DNA of 64,000 nt. It comes from Chthoniobacteraceae bacterium (GTDB taxonomy: Bacteria; Verrucomicrobiota; Verrucomicrobiia; Chthoniobacterales; Chthoniobacteraceae). The stretch is taken from the NCBI GenBank assembly GCA_031409335.1, contig JANNWY010000196.1, positions 64,001-128,000 on the forward strand. Reading direction: 5' to 3'. Made by a program: the position numbers and the translations under genes. The notes below the pieces were generated by a model. The model was not told where the DNA came from. It saw only the letters and a program-made list of their open reading frames with translations, and searched no databases. Positions 46,477 to 56,043 of this stretch are shown here, piece by piece (within the stretch, counting starts at the first letter, position 1; the number at the start of each line of letters is the position of its first letter).

Positions 46477-48264
46477 ATGCCTCGAACCCCATGGCTCCTC
46501 GTTTTCGGAACGGCGATTGGCGCTGTCGTAGTCGGTTTCTTTTTGGGGCAGAGTCTCAGTGAAAAGCCGTTCGGTCCGACTCAAGCCGTGCAGTTGAGGG
46601 AAAGCAGCCCGTCACTTTCCGGAAACGTGCCGGTCGAGCGTGGCAGCGCGGAAGCGGGTCGGGAAGCAGTGGTGACTTCCGCTCAACCGCTCGGCGGGTC
46701 GATCGACGACGCGATTGTTCGGATGATGAAAGCGCCGAACAATCCAAGGAGCTATCGCGATCTCCTGCTGGCCACCGCGCGGTTGGAATTGGCGGATATT
46801 CCCGCTGCTTTGGCGCGCGCGAGGAGCCAGGGAAATGCGGGCCGCAATTCCTCGGTGCTCTCCGCGATCATCTCGCGCTGGGCGGAACTCGATCCAGGGG
46901 CCGCGACGCAGTATGCGCTCACCATGCCTGAGCGGAATATGGGCAGCTACCTGATCGCCTCCGCGGCCAGCGAATGGGCAAGGGCGCAACCGCAAGCTGC
47001 CATGACGTGGGCGCTCGGCCAGCCGGTCAGTTCGCAAAAGCGCACCTTGATCGAAGGCATCGCCAGCGGACTCGCGGAGACCGATCCCGAGGGAGCGCTC
47101 CGTTTCCTGGGCAACAACCCAGGCGAATGGCAGGGAAGCGGTGCCATCTCCCGGATTTTTTCCACATGGGCGGAGCGGGATGGAGCCGCGGCGGCGCAAC
47201 GCGCGCTGGCGCTACCGGTAAATCCAAATCGCACGAGCGCGCTGAACGCGGCCATCGCCGCGTGGGCGGAGCGCGAGCCCGGCAATGCCTTCGCTTTCGC
47301 GAACCAATTGCCCGAGTCCGCGAGCAAGGCGAACGCTGTCATGTCTGCCCTGCAAACGTGGGTGGGCGTCGATCCCGATGGCGCGGGCGCGCAGGCGCTC
47401 GCGATGCCGGAGGGTGAGATGCGGGAACGTGTCTTGAGCCAGGTCGTGGGGCAGTTGGCGCAGCGCGAACCGGCAAGCGCGCTGCGTTTCATCGAGCGGA
47501 TGCCGGCCGGGGAAAGCCGCGATGAGATGCTTGGCACGATCGTGCAGCAAATCGCGGCGACGGATCCGAGGAATGCCGCCGGCCACCTGAACAGCTTCCC
47601 GCAAGGCGCCGCCCGGGCACAGGCCACGACCGGGATCGCCCACGTCTGGGCTCGGCTGGACGGCCCCGCCGCGCTGGCCTGGGCGCAGAGCCTGCCGGAG
47701 AGCGAGGAAAAGGGCGTGGCGCTCAGCGAAGTCTTCGGTGAAATGAGTCGCATGAATCCACAGCAGGCGGCGACGCTTGCGCTCGGGAAACTGACGGGCG
47801 CGGCGCAACTCATGGCGACTGGGACGATCGCGCGCCGCTGGGTGCGCACGGATTCCGCGTCCGCCACCGCCTGGGCAGCCAGCCTGCCTGCGGGTGAAGT
47901 GCGGGATGGCGCTTACAAGAATCTGCTGACCAGTTGGGCTGAGCAGGATCTGATCAAGGCTGGCACTTTCCTAAACAATCTGGCACCCGGCTCCACGCGC
48001 GACGCGGCCATCATCGGCTATACCTCGAAGGCTGTCGTCGCCGACCCGGAAGGCGCCGCGGTCTGGGCGGCGAGCATCGCGGAACCGGCCATGCGCGAGA
48101 CCGCGCTCGGACAGGTGGTCCAGCGCTGGCGGGCGCAGAGCCCGGTGGATGCGAACGCATGGCTCACCCAGACGCAGGTGCTCAGCGCGGATGCGAAGGC
48201 GAAGATATTGGAGCGCGGCAATAATGTTTCCAACCGGGTGTACTTCCAGACCCTCTCCGAGTGA
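46477..48264 (+). CDS. Membrane-anchored helical-repeat protein (W..DP.AA..WA..LP repeats)
   Basis: About a dozen ~31-aa repeats; promoter TTGACG-N18-TACCTT-N7-ATG. Confidence 0.8.
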   Translation: MPRTPWLLVFGTAIGAVVVGFFLGQSLSEKPFGPTQAVQLRESSPSLSGNVPVERGSAEAGREAVVTSAQPLGGSIDDAIVRMMKAPNNPRSYRDLLLATARLELADIPAALARARSQGNAGRNSSVLSAIISRWAELDPGAATQYALTMPERNMGSYLIASAASEWARAQPQAAMTWALGQPVSSQKRTLIEGIASGLAETDPEGALRFLGNNPGEWQGSGAISRIFSTWAERDGAAAAQRALALPVNPNRTSALNAAIAAWAEREPGNAFAFANQLPESASKANAVMSALQTWVGVDPDGAGAQALAMPEGEMRERVLSQVVGQLAQREPASALRFIERMPAGESRDEMLGTIVQQIAATDPRNAAGHLNSFPQGAARAQATTGIAHVWARLDGPAALAWAQSLPESEEKGVALSEVFGEMSRMNPQQAATLALGKLTGAAQLMATGTIARRWVRTDSASATAWAASLPAGEVRDGAYKNLLTSWAEQDLIKAGTFLNNLAPGSTRDAAIIGYTSKAVVADPEGAAVWAASIAEPAMRETALGQVVQRWRAQSPVDANAWLTQTQVLSADAKAKILERGNNVSNRVYFQTLSE

Positions 48265-49904
48265 TGATGAATACCCATCGCAACAAAGCACCGGGCTGCG
48301 CTGCATGGGTATGCATTACCGCCTTTGCCTTAATGATCTCCCCAGCGGGCAATGCGGTGGAAGCTGGCACAAAGGCGAAAAAGAAAGCCGATATCGGCGC
48401 GGAATTTTTCCATGAACCGACGGTGCGCATCTTCGATTTCAAAGTGCCCGAGGCTGCCTTGCTGGAGCTAAACCAGTCCTCCCGCACCTACGTTTCCGGA
48501 CAAATCACCGAAGGCGAACTGGTGCTGGCCAATGTGGGAATTCGATTGAAAGGCATGGGTAGCTTCCGCGGCCTCGATGAAAAGCCGAGTTTCGCGGTAA
48601 AGTTCGACGAGTTCGATGATAAGCAGACTTATCGCGGGCTGAAGAAGCTCATGTTCAACAACTCCTCGCAGGATTCCACCTACCTGGCTGAGTTGCTGGC
48701 CACGCAGTTGTTTGATGACGCGGGGGTGCCCGCCGCGCGCGTCACCCATGCCCGCGTGCGCCTGAATGACCGCGACCTCGGGCTTTACGTCGTCATCGAG
48801 GCAATGAACAAAGACTTTCTCAAACGCCACTTTGGGAGCGGGAAAGGCAATCTCTACGAAGGTTATCTTCAAGACGTGAATGGCCGCCTGGAGCAGGACA
48901 ATGGCGAGGATCTCACCCGCGCTGATTTGCGCGCGCTTTATGAAGCCTGCACGCTTCCAGACCCATCGGAGCGCTGGGAACAGTTGAATAACGTCGTCGA
49001 TGTGGATCGTTTCCTCTCGTTCATCGCGATGGAGCTGCTGACGACCCATTGGGATGGTTACGCCATTCACTTCAACAACTACCGGCTCTATCACGATCCG
49101 AAAACGGACAAGCTGGTCTTCATTACCCATGGCCTCGACTGGGCCTTCCGCCGCCCAAACGTTTCGATCGAACCGCCGTTGAAGAGTGTGATGACGCGCG
49201 CGGTTCTGACGACTCCTCAAGGTCAGAAACTTTACCAGGAGCGAATCCGAACTTTGTTCGCAAAGGTGTTTAAGCCACCGGTCATTGTCGAGCGGATGGA
49301 ACAGGCGCTCGGAAAGATTCGCAGCGCGGGGTTGAAGCCTGCCGTTCTTGCGCAATTGGAGCGGCGCGCGGATGTGATGCGCGAGCGCATCCTCCTGCGC
49401 GAGACGCGCGTCGATGAGCAACTGCGGGGAATCCCACCGACGCCACTGCCATTCGACGCAAAGGGTTTTGCGCATCCGGTGTCCTGGCGGGAAGAGCCCG
49501 ATCGGGGCGACGCGATCGTCGATCGCGTGAAGCTCCAGGGAAAGGACACGCTGCACATTCAGGCTCGTGAAGAACGAACGCGCGCATCCTGGCGCTCACA
49601 GCTTTGCATGCTGCCAGGCTGGTATCGCTTTGAAGGAATGGCCCGCACGAATGTAACGAGTGGCTATGCTAGGCTGCGCATCTCGGGTGATACGCGCGCC
49701 GTCGGCGTCTCCGGCGGCACAGGCTGGCAATCCATCGCGCATGATTTTCAAGTGCCGCAAGGTAGCCTCGACGTGGAACTCGTGTGCGAGTTGAACGCGG
49801 TGCAGGGCGGCGACGTCTGGTTTGATCTCGCCTCGTTGCGCGTGAAGCGAATCACTGCGCAGGAAGTGCGAGTGCTCAATCGACAACCCGTGGTGCGGGA
49901 GTAA
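48264..49904 (+). CDS. CotH-family secreted kinase with C-terminal jelly-roll domain
   Basis: VGIRLKG..SF, KPSF, GLKKL.FNN..QD, GLYVVIE, GNLYEG, HWDGY..NNYRLY. Confidence 0.88.
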   Translation: MMNTHRNKAPGCAAWVCITAFALMISPAGNAVEAGTKAKKKADIGAEFFHEPTVRIFDFKVPEAALLELNQSSRTYVSGQITEGELVLANVGIRLKGMGSFRGLDEKPSFAVKFDEFDDKQTYRGLKKLMFNNSSQDSTYLAELLATQLFDDAGVPAARVTHARVRLNDRDLGLYVVIEAMNKDFLKRHFGSGKGNLYEGYLQDVNGRLEQDNGEDLTRADLRALYEACTLPDPSERWEQLNNVVDVDRFLSFIAMELLTTHWDGYAIHFNNYRLYHDPKTDKLVFITHGLDWAFRRPNVSIEPPLKSVMTRAVLTTPQGQKLYQERIRTLFAKVFKPPVIVERMEQALGKIRSAGLKPAVLAQLERRADVMRERILLRETRVDEQLRGIPPTPLPFDAKGFAHPVSWREEPDRGDAIVDRVKLQGKDTLHIQAREERTRASWRSQLCMLPGWYRFEGMARTNVTSGYARLRISGDTRAVGVSGGTGWQSIAHDFQVPQGSLDVELVCELNAVQGGDVWFDLASLRVKRITAQEVRVLNRQPVVRE

Positions 49905-49945
49905 GAAAGCGTCCCGACACCCGACTAACATCCCACCATTCCACC

Positions 49946-51517
49946 ATGCAAAAATCCTCCGCTGCCATCCTGCTCTTTCTCGTCTCGCTGTCTGCGAGCG
50001 CCCTTTCCGCGCCAAAGCCCAATGGCACCGCCGAGCACATCGTCGTCGTCGTGTGGGATGGCATGAGGCCGGACTACGTCACGCCGCAGCATTGTCCGAC
50101 GCTCTATTCACTGGCAACCAACGGCACGTTCTTTCGCCGGAATCATTCCGTGTTCATCAGTTCGACGGAAGTCAACGGCGCGGCGCTGGTGACCGGTGCC
50201 AATCCCGGCAAGAACGGAATCCAGGCGAATACGGATTTTCGCCCGGAGTTGAGCTTCCTGAGTAGCTATGCGACGGAAAGCCTGGAGGCCGTGCGGCGTG
50301 GCGATTTGCTGACGGGCGGTCGATACTTGCAGACTTTTACGATCGCGGAGACGCTTCAGCGAGCGGGCCTCCCCACAATCAGCGCTGGTGGCAAGCCGGT
50401 CGCATTGCTTCACGACCGATCGTCGCGCAAAGACTCGGAGGCGGCAAAGAAGTCGGTGACAGTTTTTGAAGGCAAGACCATCCCGCGCGACGTCAGTGAG
50501 GGATTGGCCAAAGTAAATGATGACAAGGCATTTCCCGGCGCGATCACGATTCCAAACACCGGGCAGGACAATTGGACCACCCGCTCGGTGGTGCGCGCTC
50601 TATGGAAAAACGGCGTGCCCAAGTACACCCTGCTGTGGCTGAGCGAACCGGACAAGAGCCAGCACGACAGCGGGGTGGGCTCTACCAATGCTTTGGCGGC
50701 AATCGAGTCCAGCGACAAGAACCTTGCGGAAGTCATCAAGACGCTCAAGGACAAGGGTGTGTATGAGAAGACGAACATCTTCGTGGTTTCCGACCATGGC
50801 TTCTCCACCATCAGCGCCGGTCCAGACCTAGCTTCGCTTCTCAGGAAGCAGAAGTTCAAAGCGGACAGCAAGCTGGAAGATCCCGAGCCTGGGGATGTCA
50901 TCGTTATCGGTCTTGGCGGGGCCGCGCTGCTCTATGTGGTGGATCGCGACGAATCAGTCGTCCGCCGCCTCGTGGAGTTCCTGCAAACGACCGACTTTGC
51001 CGGGGTGATCTTCTCCCGTCAGAAGCTGGAAGGAACCCTGCCGCTCGAGTCAGTGGGCTACTCCAGCGCGAACAGCAACTCGCCAGACATCGTGCTCTCG
51101 TTTCGGTGGACGAGTGAGCGCAATGAATACGGCGCACCCGGCATGATGGCATCCACGGGTGGCACTCGTGGCAAGGGCGCGCACGGCTCCCTCAGCCGGC
51201 ATGATATGAACAACACACTCGTGGCGGCTGGTCCCGACATTAAGAAAGGTCTCTTAAGCGATGTGCCAAGCGGCAACATCGACCTGGCTCCGACCGTGCT
51301 ATGGCTTCTGGGTGTGGAACCGATCAATCCGATGGATGGTCGCGTCCTTCACGAGGCTCTCGTGCCCAGCAAGGAGCCGCCACCCAAGGTGAACGTGAAA
51401 AAACTCGAAGCGACGCGCGATCTGGGTCTCTTCCGCTGGAAGCAGTATCTCCAGTCCAGCGAAGTCAACGGCACTCTCTATTTCGATGAGGGCAACGGGG
51501 AAGTAGTGCCGAAGTAA
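49946..51517 (+). CDS. Secreted alkaline phosphatase / nucleotide pyrophosphatase superfamily protein
   Basis: Signal peptide; VWDGMRPD, Thr nucleophile (SSTEVN), EPD..QH, SDHG, HGS, DLAPT. Confidence 0.88.
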   Translation: MQKSSAAILLFLVSLSASALSAPKPNGTAEHIVVVVWDGMRPDYVTPQHCPTLYSLATNGTFFRRNHSVFISSTEVNGAALVTGANPGKNGIQANTDFRPELSFLSSYATESLEAVRRGDLLTGGRYLQTFTIAETLQRAGLPTISAGGKPVALLHDRSSRKDSEAAKKSVTVFEGKTIPRDVSEGLAKVNDDKAFPGAITIPNTGQDNWTTRSVVRALWKNGVPKYTLLWLSEPDKSQHDSGVGSTNALAAIESSDKNLAEVIKTLKDKGVYEKTNIFVVSDHGFSTISAGPDLASLLRKQKFKADSKLEDPEPGDVIVIGLGGAALLYVVDRDESVVRRLVEFLQTTDFAGVIFSRQKLEGTLPLESVGYSSANSNSPDIVLSFRWTSERNEYGAPGMMASTGGTRGKGAHGSLSRHDMNNTLVAAGPDIKKGLLSDVPSGNIDLAPTVLWLLGVEPINPMDGRVLHEALVPSKEPPPKVNVKKLEATRDLGLFRWKQYLQSSEVNGTLYFDEGNGEVVPK

Positions 51518-51556
51518 GCGGGTATGTGAGGTTCCTCGCAACAGTTCACCCAATTC

Positions 51557-53194
51557 ATGGAACCCAGCACCTTCTCCACAGGCAGACGGATGGGTAACGT
51601 CTTGTTGGTCGCGATCGTGCTTTTCTGCGCGTGCAACCGCCGCGGAAATGCCTTGGCTCAAAAAGTGGCGCAGCCGGACAGCCTGTTTGTGACCCGCGAG
51701 GTTCCCAAGCTGAGCATCGAGATCTCAGAGGAAGGGATGGAAGTCCTGCGCGGGTACCGCCAAGTCTGGCGCCAGCCCCGTCCCGAACGCATCGATGTCA
51801 AAGCCACGGTTCGGGAAGGGACGAAAGTCTATAAGGACGTCGCGGTTCACCTCAAAGGGTCATACACCTTTCAGCCAATTGACGCCCGCCCGTCGCTCAC
51901 CCTCAATTTCGAGAAGTTTGTCAAAGGTCAGCAGTTTCATGGGCTCACCAAATTGCACCTTAACAATACGGTGCAGGATCCGAGTTACCTCAGCGAAGCT
52001 TTCGCCAGGGATTTGTTTAACGACATCGGCGTGCCCACCCCGCGCGCGGGTCATGCGCTGGTCACCCTCAATGGGCGGGCCATGGGTCTCTACGTGCTGG
52101 TGGAAGGTGCCAATAAACAGTTCCTCGCGCGGCACTTTCAATCGACCGAGGGTAATCTCTACGACGGCGACAACGGCGCGGAAATCACTGCGGAGCTGGA
52201 TGTCGATTCCGGGAAGAATCGAGAGGACCGATCGGAACTCGACCAACTTGCCGAAGCCGCCGAGGAACCTGATTCAGCCAAGCGTTGGGCGCGGCTCGAA
52301 CAACTGTTGGATGTCGATGAATTCCTGAGTTTCATCGCGGGCGAAGTGTTGCTCGTCCATTGGGACGGTTACGGGACCGGTGGACCCAATAACTACCGCG
52401 TCTTTCACGATGCCAGCCGCGGTAAGATCGCCTTCATTCCCCAGGGATTGGACCAGTTGCTCAGATCGGGAGCGACCGCGCAGAAGTTGACGCCGCATTT
52501 CACCGGAGTGGTGGCCCGCGGTCTCGTGACCACGCCGGAGGGACGGCGCCGGTATCTGGCGCGGGTCAGCAGCCTCGCCGCGAAAGAGTTCAGTCGTGAA
52601 GCACTGCTCGCGCGGGTCGATCGACTTGCCGTGTCGGTGCGCGCTGGATTGGCACCCGATCGTCAACTGATCGAGAGATTCGACGGTGGTGTGAACTATT
52701 TGAAATCCGCCATCGCCGCCCGGACCGAAGTCGTCGCCCGCATCCTGAGCCAGCCCTCCCGCCCGATCACATTCGACGCCTCGAACACCGCCACACCAGC
52801 AAACTGGCAATTCAAGACCGGCAACACCCGGCCAGCCAGTGGCAGAAAGCTCGTCATCGACAATCGCGAAGTGCTCCAGGTCCAGTCTCGCGGAACCGAG
52901 ACGGTCGGCTCGTGGCGCACTCTGCTGCTGCTCGAAGACGGACGCTATGAGTTCACGGGCCGGGCGCGCGCGGAAGGGATCGACGCGGCGGAAGCCACCG
53001 GCACCGATGGCGTGATCCTGCGGATTTCCGGGGAGAAATTTCCAAAAAGCAACGCGTCCCCGGAATGGACGACCCTGAGCTATGAGTTCGAGGTGCATGG
53101 CATCGAGGACGTCGAACTCGTCTGTGAATTCCGCGGCTCGCAGGGTACCGGCTCGTTCGATCCAGGCTCGATGCGGCTCATCCGGAAGCCGTGA
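51557..53194 (+). CDS. CotH-family secreted kinase with C-terminal jelly-roll domain (paralog)
   Basis: VAVHLKG, GLTKLHLNNTVQD, GLYVLVE, GNLYDG, HWDGY..NNYRVF. Confidence 0.88.
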   Translation: MEPSTFSTGRRMGNVLLVAIVLFCACNRRGNALAQKVAQPDSLFVTREVPKLSIEISEEGMEVLRGYRQVWRQPRPERIDVKATVREGTKVYKDVAVHLKGSYTFQPIDARPSLTLNFEKFVKGQQFHGLTKLHLNNTVQDPSYLSEAFARDLFNDIGVPTPRAGHALVTLNGRAMGLYVLVEGANKQFLARHFQSTEGNLYDGDNGAEITAELDVDSGKNREDRSELDQLAEAAEEPDSAKRWARLEQLLDVDEFLSFIAGEVLLVHWDGYGTGGPNNYRVFHDASRGKIAFIPQGLDQLLRSGATAQKLTPHFTGVVARGLVTTPEGRRRYLARVSSLAAKEFSREALLARVDRLAVSVRAGLAPDRQLIERFDGGVNYLKSAIAARTEVVARILSQPSRPITFDASNTATPANWQFKTGNTRPASGRKLVIDNREVLQVQSRGTETVGSWRTLLLLEDGRYEFTGRARAEGIDAAEATGTDGVILRISGEKFPKSNASPEWTTLSYEFEVHGIEDVELVCEFRGSQGTGSFDPGSMRLIRKP

Positions 53195-53199
53195 ATCCG

Positions 53200-53607
53200 C
53201 TAACCCACGACCTCGCCCGGCGGCAGCAGCCACGCCTGGGGAAACTGCGTGAAACCGACGTGCGGGTAATATTCCACCGCGGCGGGCGCGGCCAGCAGCA
53301 GCAGCGTGGCTTTCGGCGCGGCGGCTTGCGTGCGGCGCATCAGCTCCTTGCCGATCCCCTGGCGCTGGTGCGAAACGCGCACCGCGAGATCCGACAGATA
53401 CGTGACGTAACTGAAATCCGAAACCGCTCGCGCGATGCCCACCAGCATCTCGCCATCCCATGCCGTGATGACGAGATTCGCGTGCCGCAGCATCGCGGCG
53501 AATCGCTCCGTGTCATCGACCGGCCGCCGCTCGGCGAGGGTCGAGGCGCGGTAAAGTTCGCGGACGGTTTCCAGGTCGAGATCATTGCCGGTGCGGTAGG
53601 AAATCAT
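53200..53607 (-). CDS. GNAT-family N-acetyltransferase
   Basis: LVGIAR, YLSDLAV..HQRQGIGKEL, YYPHVGF. Confidence 0.9.
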   Translation of the reverse strand: MISYRTGNDLDLETVRELYRASTLAERRPVDDTERFAAMLRHANLVITAWDGEMLVGIARAVSDFSYVTYLSDLAVRVSHQRQGIGKELMRRTQAAAPKATLLLLAAPAAVEYYPHVGFTQFPQAWLLPPGEVVG

Positions 53608-53802
53608 GGGAGTGTGACGACGCGATAAAAGCGCGCCGCAGCCACGCTGTCAGTCGCATTCACCGCCGCTGCCGCCTGCCACCGCGAGACGGCGGAGTCT
53701 GGGAAGCGTGCGCAAACGCAAAATCCGACCCCGGTGAATTTTCGAGGAGCCAGACCGGGCCATTGCCACCGCTCCCGGCTTGAGATAAGTCTTTACCCCA
53801 AG

Positions 53803-54384
53803 ACGAGTGCCACCGCCAAACTCTCCGAACTGATCAGCGCCGCCGACTATCTCGAACGCGAGCGCGCCGCCGGGACGCGCAGCGAATACATCAACGGCGT
53901 GATCGTCGCGATGGCGGGCGGCACGATGGCCCACGACATCATCGCGGGAAACATTTACGCCGCCCTTCACCTCCAAATGAGCGGCCGTCCCTGCCGCGTT
54001 TTCACCGCCAACATGAAAGTCCGCATAGAGCGCGCGAACCTCTTTCGCTATCCCGACATCTCCGCCCTCGGCGGCCCGGTCGCGCTGCACGATTCCATCG
54101 GCGACGTGTATCTCAATCCCTCCTTCCTCTGCGAAGTCCTTTCCCCCGGCACCGAGGCTTACGATCTCGGGGAAAAATTCGCGCTCTACCGGCTGCTCGA
54201 TTCCTTCGTCGAGTATCTCGTCGCCGCGCAAGATTGCCGCTTCGCGCAGCTCGTCCGCCGTTCGCGTCACGGCGGCTGGGAAACCACCGAGTTTACCGAG
54301 CTGGAAGACGTCATCACGCTCGAATCCATCAACTGCTCCCTCCGCGTCGCGGACGTTTACGACAAGGTCGATTTTCCACCCTGA
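53803..54384 (+). CDS. Uma2-family (PD-(D/E)XK) endonuclease; expected start reads ACG
   Basis: YLE.ER, EYING...AMAGG..H, YPDI, NP..EVLSP.TE.YD.GEK, EY. Confidence 0.82.
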   Translation, partial: TSATAKLSELISAADYLERERAAGTRSEYINGVIVAMAGGTMAHDIIAGNIYAALHLQMSGRPCRVFTANMKVRIERANLFRYPDISALGGPVALHDSIGDVYLNPSFLCEVLSPGTEAYDLGEKFALYRLLDSFVEYLVAAQDCRFAQLVRRSRHGGWETTEFTELEDVITLESINCSLRVADVYDKVDFPP

Positions 54385-54430
54385 TCCTAAATCATTCCGT
54401 GGAAGGCGGAGCGGAAATCCCGCGGCATGG

Positions 54431-55993
54431 CTACCAGTTCCGCAAATTTTTGTTCCGCTCCTCGTCGTACTTCTGCCCCGCGTGATGCCGCGCCTGCGGC
54501 TCCAGCGACTTCTGATCTTCCTTCAGTTTCGCCAGCATCGACTCGAACGATTCCTTCGCCTCCTCCGGCTTGCCGGGCTGCGGTTTCCCCGGCGGCTGAT
54601 CGCGTTTCGCCATTTGCTGCCGCAGGCGTGAAAGCGCGGCCTGCACTTGCTGCTGGCCTCGTTTCGCAGGCGCGTTGCCGGGCTCGAGTTGCTGCGCTTT
54701 TTCAAAACTCGTCTCCGCTTTCTCGAACTGCGCGATGGCTTCACCCGGTGAATCCTTTCGTTCCGCACGTTCCCCCTGCGCTTGCTCCTGCTGCCCGAGT
54801 TGCGTGAGCAGCGGCGCGAGCTGGCTCTCCACTTTGTCGATCCGCGGCTGGATTTTTTCGTTGCCGGGATTGATCGCTTTCGCCTGCTCGAAGCTCTCCA
54901 GCGCACCGAGCAGATTCTCCGCCGCTTGCTCCGCGTCGCGCTTCATCTGGTCCTCGCCGCGCTGCGCCTGGCGGTCGCCCTGGTCGAGGTGGAGCTGCTC
55001 CAGTTCCTCCTTCACTTCCTTTTCGCCGGCCTTCGCGTCGGCGTGCTCCGGTGCCTGCGCGAGTGCCTGCTGGAAATTCTCCAGCGCTTTTTCAAAAGTC
55101 TCCGCTGCCTGCTGCGGGTCGTTTTTTTTTTACAGCCGCGCCTGCTGCTGATCCTTGCGAACCGCGTTGTCGAAAGAGTTCGCGAGTTTCTCCTGAACCC
55201 GTTTTTCACCGTCTTTCGCCACCTGATCCTCCGGCACGATGGCCTGCGCCTGCTGGAAATTTTCGATCGCCTTTTGCAATTCCTCCTGCGCGTTCTGCCG
55301 CTCCCGCTGGTTGTCCTGATTCCGCCGATCCGCGGTTTTTTCCAGCGACTCCGCCTTCCGATCCAGCATCTCGGCGAGCAGTTTCTCGATCTCCTTTTTC
55401 TCCGCTTCGCGCTCGGCGCTTTTCGGATTCAATGCCAGCGCCTGCTCCGCATACGCGAGCGCCGCGCGCAGTTGCTCGATCGCCTTGTCGTGATTCCACG
55501 CCTCCTTTTTCGCATCCGCGACGAGCCGCTTTGCGAGCCGCGCATACACATTTTCGAGCGCCTTTTCGACCAGCACGAGATTCTGCGCCGCCGTCTTGTT
55601 GCGCTTGTTCAAACCGAGCGCCACACGAAATGCCTCGCGGCTCTGCTCCAGCCGCGCGACCGCCGCATCGGGCTGCGCTTCGATCTGCGGCTGCACGAGC
55701 CGGTAGGAAACATTCCCGATCTGCAGCCATACCTGTTCCGAAAGCCCATCCGGCAAAGCCACGGACGCGAGTTGCTGCCAGGTTTCATCCGCCTTCGCAA
55801 AATCCTTCGTCGCATAAGCCGCGACGCCCGCGTCGTAAAGCAGCCACGGATCGTTGGGATTTTTCGCGAGCAGTTCCGCGACGTGTTCCGCCGCGGCCGC
55901 CGGATCCTTTTTCAAAAGCTCGCGGGCAAACGGCACGTCCCCGAACGCCGGTGCGGTCACGGCAACGGTCGCGAGGAGCAGGCGGATTTTCAT
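54431..55993 (-). pseudogene. BatC-like TPR protein interrupted by one in-frame TAA (55132-55130)
   Basis: ORFs 55130..55993 and 54431..55015 share a frame; the sequence between reads KKNDPQQAAETFEKALENFQQA and continues the repeat; C-terminus ends RNW. Confidence 0.75.
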
Positions 55994-56043
55994 GGGTCGG
56001 ATTCTAAACACGATTTGCGCCAAACACACGCCGGGGATTCGCA

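Noticed and set aside
48264..53194. Sporulation (spore coat) genes
   Set aside because: CotH is a broad kinase family and no other sporulation genes are present
53650..53733. Possible gene remnant ending GGSGGECD on the minus strand
   Set aside because: Too short to support, and the rest of that ORF is antisense to the Uma2 gene
55122..55131. Programmed frameshift or phase variation at the T10 run
   Set aside because: Both gene halves are already in the same frame; the lesion is a stop codon that a length change would not repair
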